Assembly (NCBI GenBank): GCA_964057225.1
Contig: OZ059900.1
Span: 26,164,001-26,228,000, forward strand
From: Auanema rhodensis
Lineage: Eukaryota; Animalia; Nematoda
DNA: 64,000 nucleotides
Direction: 5' to 3'
Positions within the stretch are counted from its first letter, which is position 1. Every line of letters starts with the position of its first letter. The notes below the pieces were generated by a model, which was not told the DNA's origin, did not search any database, and was given only the letters and a program-made list of their open reading frames with translations. Positions 1 through 10,400 of this stretch are shown here, piece after piece. The position numbers and the translations under genes are program-made.

Positions 1-342
1 GCCCTCAGAATATGCTAATTTCCTTAATTTTCTAACCCCTGTTTTTTTGTCGTGAAAGTGGAACTAGACGTTGTACGAACAATTTTGAGCTAGGTTTCAT
101 TGACATTGCATGAGTTTGAACACATGAAATCGTAAGTCAAAACCTTGTTTACAGCGAAATTTCCAAAAACTGGTTTTCCAGCATAATAAAATATTTCTCA
201 TGGGAAATACTGTGTTTTTGTATTTTTTTAGTGTTCAGCATGTAAAATGCGTCATTTTAGTATGTAAAACGCTGAAATTCGTTGCATTTGACGACTCATA
301 TGAACAAAAATCGATTTAATCAATATTAGCCATAAGGGGCGT
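1..342. repeat. First 342-bp monomer (reference unit; phase arbitrary)
   Basis: Positions 1-342 are followed immediately by GCCCTCAGAA at 343. Consensus hand count: 57 C + 59 G of 342 (~34% GC). Each unit carries single ATCGAT (ClaI), CATATG (NdeI) and GTAC (RsaI) sites. Confidence 0.97.
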
Positions 343-1710
343 GCCCTCAGAATATGCTAATTTCCTTAATTTTCTAACCCCTGTTTTTTTGTCGCGAAAG
401 TGGAACTAGACGTTGTACGAACAATTTTGAGCTAGGTTTCATTGACATTGCATGAGTTTGAACACATGAAATCGTAAGTCAAAACCTTGTTTACAGCGAA
501 ATTTCCAAAAACTGGTTTTCCAGCATAATAAAATATTTCTCATGGGAAATACTGTGTTTTTGTATTTTTCTAGTGTTCAGCATGTAAGATGCTTTATTTT
601 AGTATGTAACACGCTGAAATTCGTTGCATTTCACGACTCATATGAACAAAAATCGATTTAATCAATATTAGCCATAAGGGGCGTGCCCTCAGAATATGCT
701 AATTTCCTTAATTTTCTAACCCCTGTTTTTTTGTCGTGAAAGTGGAACTAGACGTTGTACGAACAATTTTGAGCTAGGTTTCATTGACATTGCATCAGTT
801 TGAACACATGAAATCGTAAGTCAAAACCTTGTTTACAGCGAAATTTCCAAAAACTGGTTTTCCAGCATAATAAAATATTTCTCATGGGAAATACTGTGTT
901 TTTGTATTTTTCTAGTGTTCAGCATGTAAAATGCTTCATTTTAGTATGTAACACGCTGAAATTCGTTGCATTTGACGACTCATATGAACAAAAATCGATT
1001 TAATCAATATTAGCCATAAGGGGCGTGCCCTCAGAATATGCTAATTTCCTTAATTTTCTAACCCCTGTTTTTTTGTCGTGAAAGTGGAACTAGACGTTCT
1101 ACGAACAATTTTGAGCTAGGTTTCATTGACATTGCATGAGTTTGAACACATGAAATCGTAAGTCAAAACCTTGTTTACAGCGAAATTTCCAAAAACTGGT
1201 TTTCCAGCATAATAAAATATTTCTCATGGGAAAAACTGTGTTTTTGTATTTTTCTAGTGTTCAGCATGTAAAATGCTTCATTTTAGTATGTAACACACTG
1301 AAATTTGTTGCATTTGACGACTCATATGAACAAAAATCGATTTAATCAATATTAGCCATAAGGGGCGTGCCCTCAGAATATGCTAATTTCCTTAATTTTC
1401 CAACCCCTGTTTTTTTGTCGTGAAAGTGGAACTAGACGTTGTACGAACAATTTTGAGCTAGGTTTCATTGACATTGCATCAGTTTGAACACATGAAATCG
1501 TAAGTCAAAACCTTGTTTACAGCGAAATTTCCAAAAACTGGTTTTCCAGCATAATAAAATATTTCTCATGGGAAATACTGTGTTTTTGTATTTTTCTAGT
1601 GTTCAGCATGTAAAATGCTTCATTTTAGTATGTAACACGCTGAAATTCGTTGCATTTGACGACTCATATGAACAAAAATCGATTTAATCAATATTAGCCA
1701 TAAGGGGCGT

Positions 1711-4446
1711 GCCCTCAGAATATGCTAATTTCCTTAATTTTCTAACACCTGTTTTTTTGTCGTGAAAGTGGAACTAGACGTTCTACGAACAATTTTGAGC
1801 TAGGTTTCATTGACATTGCATGAGTTTGAACACATGAAATCGTAAGTCAAAACCTTGTTTACAGCGAAATTTCCAAAAACTGGTTTTCCAGCATAATAAA
1901 ATATTTCTCATGGGAAAAACTGTGTTTTTGTATTTTTCTAGTGTTCAGCATGTAAAATGCTTCATTTTAGTATGTAACACACTGAAATTTGTTGCATTTG
2001 ACGACTCATATGAACAAAAATCGATTTAATCAATATTAGCCATAAGGGGCGTGCCCTCAGAATATGCTAATTTCCTTAATTTTCTAACCCCTGTTTTTTT
2101 GTCGTGAAAGTGGAACTAGACGTTGTACGAACAATTTTGAGCTAGGTTTCATTGACATTGCATGAGTTTGAACACATGAAATCGTAAGTCAAAACCTTGT
2201 TTACAGCGAAATTTCCAAAAACTGGTTTTCCAGCATAATAAAATATTTCTCAAGGGAAAAACTGTGTTTTTATATTTTTCTAGTGTTCAGCATGTGAAAT
2301 GCTTTATTTTAGTATGTAACACGCTGAAATTTGTTGCATTTGACGACTCATATGAACAAAAATCGATTTAATCAATATTAGCCATAAGGGGCGTGCCCTC
2401 AGAATATGCTAATTTCCTTAATTTTCTAACCCCTGTTTTTTTGTCGTGAAAGTGGAACTAGACGTTGTACGAACAATTTTGAGCTAGGTTTCATTGACAT
2501 TGCATGAGTTTGAACACATGAAATCGTAAGTCAAAACCTTGTTTACAGCGAAATTTCCAAAAACTGGTTTTCCAGCATAATACAATATTTCTCATGGGAA
2601 ATACTGTGTTTTTGTATTTTTCTAGTGTTCAGAATGTAGAATGCTTCATTTTAGTATGTAACACGCTGAAATTCGTTGCATTTGACGACTCATATGAACA
2701 AAAATCGATTTAATCAATATTAGCCATAAGGGGCGTGCCCTCAGAATATGCTAATTTCCTTAATTTTCTAACCAATGTTTTTTTGTCGTGAAAGTGGAAC
2801 TAGACGTTGTACGAACAATTTTGAGCTAGGTTTCATTGACATTGCATGATTTGAACACATGAAATCGTAAGTCAAAACCTTGTTTACAGCGAAATTTCCA
2901 AAAACTGGTTTTCCAGCATAATAAAATATTTCTCATGGGAAATACTGTGTTTTTGTATTTTTCTAGTGTTCAGCATGTAAAATGCTTCATTTTAGTATGT
3001 AACACGCTGAAATTCGTTGCATTTGACGACTCATATGAACAAAAATTGATTTAATCAATATTAGCCATAAGGGGCGTGCCCTCAGAATATGCTAATTTCC
3101 TTAATTTTCTAACCCCTGTTTTTTTGTCGTGAAAGTGGAACTAGACGTTGTACGAACAATTTTGAGCTAGGTTTCATTGACATTGCATGAGTTTGAACAC
3201 ATGAAATCGTAAGTCAAAACCTTGTTTACAGCGAAATTTCCAAAAACTGGTTTTCCAGCATAATAAAATATTTCTCATGGGAAATACTGTGTTTTTGTAT
3301 TTTTCTAGTGTTCAGCATGTAAAATGCTTCATTTTAGTATGTAACACGCTGAAATTCGTTGCATTTGACGACTCATATGAACAAAAATCGATTTAATCAA
3401 TATTAGCCATAAGGGGCGTGCCCTCAGAATATGCTAATTTCCTTAATTTTCTAACACCTGTTTTTTTGTCGTGAAAGTGGAACTAGACGTTCTACGAACA
3501 ATTTTGAGCTAGGTTTCATTGACATTGCATGAGTTTGAACACATGAAATCGTAAGTCAAAACCTTGTTTACAGCGAAATTTCCAAAAACTGGTTTTCCAG
3601 CATAATAAAATATTTCTCATGGGAAAAACTGTGTTTTTGTATTTTTCTAGTGTTCAGCATGTAAAATGCTTCATTTTAGTATGTAACACACTGAAATTTG
3701 TTGCATTTGACGACTCATATGAACAAAAATCGATTTAATCAATATTAGCCATAAGGGGCGTGCCCTCAGAATATGCTAATTTCCTTAATTTTCTAACCCC
3801 TGTTTTTTTGTCGTGAAAGTGGAACTAGACGTTGTACGAACAATTTTGAGCTAGGTTTCATTGACATTGCATGAGTTTGAACACATGAAATCGTAAGTCA
3901 AAACCTTGTTTACAGCGAAATTTCCAAAAACTGGTTTTCCAGCATAATAAAATATTTCTCAAGGGAAAAACTGTGTTTTTATATTTTTCTAGTGTTCAGC
4001 ATGTGAAATGCTTTATTTTAGTATGTAACACGCTGAAATTTGTTGCATTTGACGACTCATATGAACAAAAATCGATTTAATCAATATTAGCCATAAGGGG
4101 CGTGCCCTCAGAATATGCTAATTTCCTTAATTTTCTAACCCCTGTTTTTTTGTCGTGAAAGTGGAACTAGACGTTGTACGAACAATTTTGAGCTAGGTTT
4201 CATTGACATTGCATGAGTTTGAACACATGAAATCGTAAGTCAAAACCTTGTTTACAGCGAAATTTCCAAAAACTGGTTTTCCATCATAATACAATATTTC
4301 TCATGGGAAATACTGTGTTTTTGTATTTTTCTAGTGTTCAGAATGTAGAATGCTTCATTTTAGTATGTAACACGCTGAAATTCGTTGCATTTGACGACTC
4401 ATATGAACAAAAATCGATTTAATCAATATTAGCCATAAGGGGCGTG
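1711..4446. repeat. Local higher-order repeat, period 5 monomers (1709 bp)
   Basis: The same ordered variants (AACACCT; GTTCTACG; GAAAAACT/ACACT/TTTG; CAAGGG type; TACAAT/AGAATGTAGA) occur at ~1711-2737 and ~3420-4446. Confidence 0.85.
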
Positions 4447-7400
4447 CCCTCAGAATATGCTAATTTCCTTAATTTTCTAACCCCTGTTTTTTTGTCGTGA
4501 AAGTGGAACTAGACGTTGTACGAACAATTTTGAGCTAGGTTTCATTGACATTGCATGAGTTTGAACACATGAAATCGTAAGTCAAAACCTTGTTTACAGC
4601 GAAATTTCCAAAAACTGGTTTTCCAGCATAATAAAATATTTCTCATGGGAAATACTGTGTTTTTGTATTTTTCTAGTGTTCAGCATGTAAAATGCTTCAT
4701 TTTAGTATGTAACACGCTGAAATTCGTTGCATTTGACGACTCATATGAACAAAAATCGATTTAATCAATATTAGCCATAAGGGGCGTGCCCTCAGAATAT
4801 GCTAATTTCCTTAATTTTCTAACCCCTGTTTTTTTGTCGTGAAAGTGGAACTAGACGTTGTACGAACAATTTTGAGCTAGGTTTCATTGACATTGCATGA
4901 GTTTGAACACATGAAATCGTAAGTCAAAACCTTGTTTACAGCGAAATTTCCAAAAACTGGTTTTCCAGCATAATAAAATATTTCTCATGGGAAATACTGT
5001 GTTTTTGTATTTTTCTAGTGTTCAGCATGTAAAATGCTTCATTTTAGTATGTAACACGCTGAAATTCGTTGCATTTGACGACTCATATGAACAAAAATCG
5101 ATGTAATCAATATTAGCCATAAGGGGCGTGCCCTCAGAATATGCTAATTTCCTTAATTTTCTAACCCCTGTTTTTTTGTCGTGAAAGTGGAACTAGACGT
5201 TGTACGAACAATTTTGAGCTAGGTTTCATTGACATTGCATGAGTTTGAACACATGAAATCGTAAGTCAAAACCTTGTTTACAGCGAAATTTCCAAAAACT
5301 GGTTTTGCAGCATAATAAAATATTTCTCATGGGAAATACTGTGTTTTTGTATTTTTCTAGTGTTCAGCATGTAAAATGCTTCATTTTAGTATGTAACACG
5401 CTGAAATTCGTTGCATTTGACGACTCATATGAACAAAAATCGATTTATTCAATATTAGCCATAAGGGGCGTGCCCTCAGAATATGCTAATTTCCTTAATT
5501 TTCTAACCCCTGTTTTTTTGTCGTGAAAGTGGAACTAGACGTTGTACGAACAATTTTGAGCTAGGTTTCATTGACATTGCATGAGTTTGAACACATGAAA
5601 TCGTAAGTCAAAACCTTGTTTACAGCGAAATTTCCAAAAACTGGTTTTCCAGCATAATAAAATATTTCTCATGGGAAATACTGTGTTTTTGTATTTTTCT
5701 AGTGTTCAGCATGTAAAATGCTTCATTTTAGTATGTAACACGCTGAAATTCGTTGCATTTGACGACTCATATGAACAAAAATCGATTTAATCAATATTAG
5801 CCATAAGGGGCGTGCCCTCAGAATATGCTAATTTCCTTAATTTTCTAACCCCTGTTTTTTTGTCGTGAAAGTGGAACTAGACGTTGTACGAACAATTTTG
5901 AGCTAGGTTTCATTGACATTGCATGAGTTTGAACACATGAAATCGTAAGTCAAAACCTTGTTTACAGCAAAATTTCCAAAAACTGGTTTTCCAGCATAAT
6001 AAAATATTTCTCATGGGAAATACTGTGTTTTTGTATTTTTCTAGTGTTCAGCATGTAAAATGCTTCATTTTAGTATGTAACACGCTGAAATTCGTTGCAT
6101 TTGACGACTCATATGAACAAAAATCGATTTAATCAATATTAGCCATAAGGGGCGTGCCCTCAGAATATGCTAATTTCCTTAATTTTCTAACCCCTGTTTT
6201 TTTGTCGTGAAAGTGGAACTAGACGTTGTACGAACAATTTTGAGCTAGGTTTCATTGACATTGCATGAGTTTGAACACATGAAATCGTAAGTCAAAACCT
6301 TGTTTACAGCGAAATTTCCAAAAACTGGTTTTCCAGCATAATAAAATATTTCTCATGGGAAATACTGTGTTTTTGTATTTTTCTAGTGTTCAGCATGTAA
6401 AATGCTTCATTTTAGTATGTAACACGCTGAAATTCGTTGCATTTGACGACTCATATGAACAAAAATCGATGTAATCAATATTAGCCATAAGGGGCGTGCC
6501 CTCAGAATATGCTAATTTCCTTAATTTTCTAACCCCTGTTTTTTTGTCGTGAAAGTGGAACTAGACGTTGTACGAACAATTTTGAGCTAGGTTTCATTGA
6601 CATTGCATCAGTTTGAACACATGAAATCGTAAGTCAAAACCTTGTTTACAGCGAAATTTCCAAAAACTGGTTTTGCAGCATAATAAAATATTTCTCATGG
6701 GAAATACTGTGTTTTTGTATTTTTCTAGTGTTCAGCATGTAAAATGCTTCATTTTAGTATGTAACACGCTGAAATTCGTTGCATTTGACGACTCATATGA
6801 ACAAAAATCGATTTATTCAATATTAGCCATAAGGGGCGTGCCCTCAGAATATGCTAAAGCGAAATTTCCAAAAACTGGTTTTCCAGCATAATAAAATATT
6901 TCTCATGGGAAATACTGTGTTTTTGTATTTTTCTAGTGTTCAGCATGTAAAATGCTTCATTTTAGTATGTAACACGCTGAAATTCGTTGCATTTGACGAC
7001 TCATATGAACAAAAATCGATTTAATCAATATTAGCCATAAGGGGCGTGCCCTCAGAATATGCTAATTTCCTTAATTTTCTAACCCCTGTTTTTTTGTCGT
7101 GAAAGTGGAACTAGACGTTCTACGAACAATTTTGAGCTAGGTTTCATTGACATTGCATGAGTTTGAACACATGAAATCGTAAGTCAAAACCTTGTTTACA
7201 GCGAAATTTCCAAAAACTGGTTTTCCAGCATAATAAAATATTTCTCATGGGAAAAACTGTGTTTTTGTATTTTTCTAGTGTTCAGCATGTAAAATGCTTT
7301 ATTTTAGTATGTAACACACTGAAATTTGTTGCATTTGACGACTCATATGAACAAAAATCGATTTAATCAATATTAGCCATAAGGGGCGTGCCCTCAGAAT

Positions 7401-10400
7401 ATGCTAATTTCTTTATTTTTCTAACCCCTGTTTTTTGTCGTGAAAGTGGAACTAGACGTTGTACGAACAATTTTGAGCTAGGTTTCATTGACATTGCATG
7501 AGTTTGAACACATGAAATCGTAAGTCAAAACCTTGTTTACAGCGAAATTTCCAAAAACTGGTTTTCCAGCATAATAAAATATTTCTCATGGGAAATACTG
7601 TGTTTTTGTATTTTTCTAGTGTTCAGCATGTAAAATGCTTCATTTTAGTATGTAACACGCTGAAATTCGTTGCATTTGACGACTCATATGAACAAAAATC
7701 GATTTAATCAATATTAGCCATAAGGGGCGTGCCCTCAGAATATGCTAATTTCCTTAATTTTCTAACCCCTGTTTTTTTGTCGTGAAAGTGGAACTAGACG
7801 TTGTACGAACAATTTTGAGCTAGGTTTCATTGACATTGCATGAGTTTGAACACATGAAATCGTAAGTCAAAACCTTGTTTACAGCGAAATTTCCAAAAAC
7901 TGGTTTTCCAGCATAATAAAATATTTCTCATGGGAAATACTGTGTTTTTGTATTTTTCTAGTGTTCAGCATGTAAAATGCTTCATTTTAGTATGTAACAC
8001 GCTGAAATTCGTTGCATTTGACGACTCATATGAACAAAAATCGATTTAATCAATATTAGCCATAAGGGGCGTGCCCTCAGAATATGCTAATTTCCTTAAT
8101 TTTCTAACCAATGTTTTTTTGTCGTGAAAGTGGAACTAGACGTTGTACGAACAATTTTGAGCTAGGTTTCATTGACATTGCATGAGTTTGAACACATGAA
8201 ATCGTAAGTCAAAACCTTGTTTACAGCGAAATTTCCAAAAACTGGTTTTCCAGCATAATAAAATATTTCTCATGGGAAATACTGTGTTTTTGTATTTTTC
8301 TAGTGTTCAGCATGTAAAATGCTTCATTTTAGTATGTAACACGCTGAAATTCGTTGCATTTGACGACTCATATGAACAAAAATCGATTTAATCAATATTA
8401 GCCATAAGGGGCGTGCCCTCAGAATATGCTAATTTCCTTAATTTTCTAACCCCTGTTTTTTTGTCGTGAAAGTGGAACTAGACGTTGTACGAACAATTTT
8501 GAGCTAGGTTTCATTGACATTGCATGAGTTTGAACACATGAAATCGTAAGTCAAAACCTTGTTTACAGCGAAATTTCCAAAAACTGGTTTTCCAGCATAA
8601 TAAAATATTTCTCATGGGAAATACTGTGTTTTTGTATTTTTCTAGTGTTCAGCATGTAAAATGCTTCATTTTAGTATGTAACACGCTGAAATTCGTTGCA
8701 TTTGACGACTCATATGAACAAAAATCGATTTAATCAATATTAGCCATAAGGGGCGTGCCCTCAGAATATGCTAATTTCCTTAATTTTCTAACACCTGTTT
8801 TTTTGTCGTGAAAGTGGAACTAGACGTTCTACGAACAATTTTGAGCTAGGTTTCATTGACATTGCATGAGTTTGAACACATGAAATCGTAAGTCAAAACC
8901 TTGTTTACAGCGAAATTTCCAAAAACTGGTTTTCCAGCATAATAAAATATTTCTCATGGGAAAAACTGTGTTTTTGTATTTTTCTAGTGTTCAGCATGTA
9001 AAATGCTTCATTTTAGTATGTAACACACTGAAATTTGTTGCATTTGACGACTCATATGAACAAAAATCGATTTAATCAATATTAGCCATAAGGGGCGTGC
9101 CCTCAGAATATGCTAATTTCCTTAATTTTCTAACCCCTGTTTTTTTGTCGTGAAAGTGGAACTAGACGTTGTACGAACAATTTTGAGCTAGGTTTCATTG
9201 ACATTGCATGAGTTTGAACACATGAAATCGTAAGTCAAAACCTTGTTTACAGCGAAATTTCCAAAAACTGGTTTTCCAGCATAATAAAATATTTCTCAAG
9301 GGAAAAACTGTGTTTTTATATTTTTCTAGTGTTCAGCATGTGAAATGCTTTATTTTAGTATGTAACACGCTGAAATTTGTTGCATTTGACGACTCATATG
9401 AACAAAAATCGATTTAATCAATATTAGCCATAAGGGGCGTGCCCTCAGAATATGCTAATTTCCTTAATTTTCTAACCCCTGTTTTTTTGTCGTGAAAGTG
9501 GAACTAGACGTTGTACGAACAATTTTAAGCTAGGTTTCATTGACATTGCATGAGTTTGAACACATGAAATCGTAAGTCAAAACCTTGTTTACAGCGAAAT
9601 TTCCAAAAACTGGTTTTCCATCATAATACAATATTTCTCATGGGAAATACTGTGTTTTTGTATTTTTCTAGTGTTCAGAATGTAGAATGCTTCATTTTAG
9701 TATGTAACACGCTGAAATTCGTTGCATTTGACGACTCATATGAACAAAAATCGATTTAATCAATATTAGCCATAAGGGGCGTGCCCTCAGAATATGCTAA
9801 TTTCCTTAATTTTCTAACCCCTGTTTTTTTGTCGTGAAAGTGGAACTAGACGTTGTACGAACAATTTTGAGCTAGGTTTCATTGACATTGCATGAGTTTG
9901 AACACATGAAATCGTAAGTCAAAACCTTGTTTACAGCGAAATTTCCAAAAACTGGTTTTCCAGCATAATAAAATATTTCTCATTGGAAATACTGTGTTTT
10001 TGTATTTTTCTAGTGTTCAGCATGTAAAATGCTTCATTTTAGTATGTAACACGCTGAAATTCGTTGCATTTGACGACTCATATGAACAAAAATCGATTTA
10101 ATCAATATTAGCCATAAGGGGCGTGCCCTCAGAATATGCTAATTTCCTTAATTTTCTAACCCCTGTTTTTTTGTCGTGAAAGTGGAACTAGACGTTGTAC
10201 GAACAATTTTGAGCTAGGTTTCATTGACATTGCATGAGTTTGAACACATGAAATCGTAAGTCAAAACCTTGTTTACAGCGAAATTTCCAAAAACTGGTTT
10301 TCCAGCATAATAAAATATTTCTCATGGGAAATACTGTGTTTTTGTATTTTTCTAGTGTTCAGCATGTAAAATGCTTCATTTTAGTATGTAACACGCTGAA

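Noticed and set aside
32-39. Telomere-like CTAACCC
   Set aside because: It occurs once per monomer and is not tandem, which is expected by chance.
100-190. Bacterial promoter-like TTGACA (100-105), CATAAT and a poly(A)-signal-like AATAAA (185-190)
   Set aside because: The spacing is incompatible with a sigma70 promoter, there is no downstream gene, and such hexamers are common in AT-rich DNA.
277-293. CENP-B-box-like motif ATTCGTTGCATTTGACG
   Set aside because: It matches the TTCG and A of NTTCGNNNNANNCGGGN but lacks the essential CGGG, and the CpG is frequently mutated to TG.
1-342. 5S rRNA, tRNA or snRNA tandem gene unit
   Set aside because: I found no recognisable 5S, tRNA cloverleaf or spliced-leader sequence, and the GC content is too low for a typical structured RNA gene. 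An Rfam cmscan would settle it.
1-342. Primate alpha-satellite dimer (2 x 171 bp)
   Set aside because: The length coincides, but the sequence does not resemble the alpha-satellite consensus as I know it.
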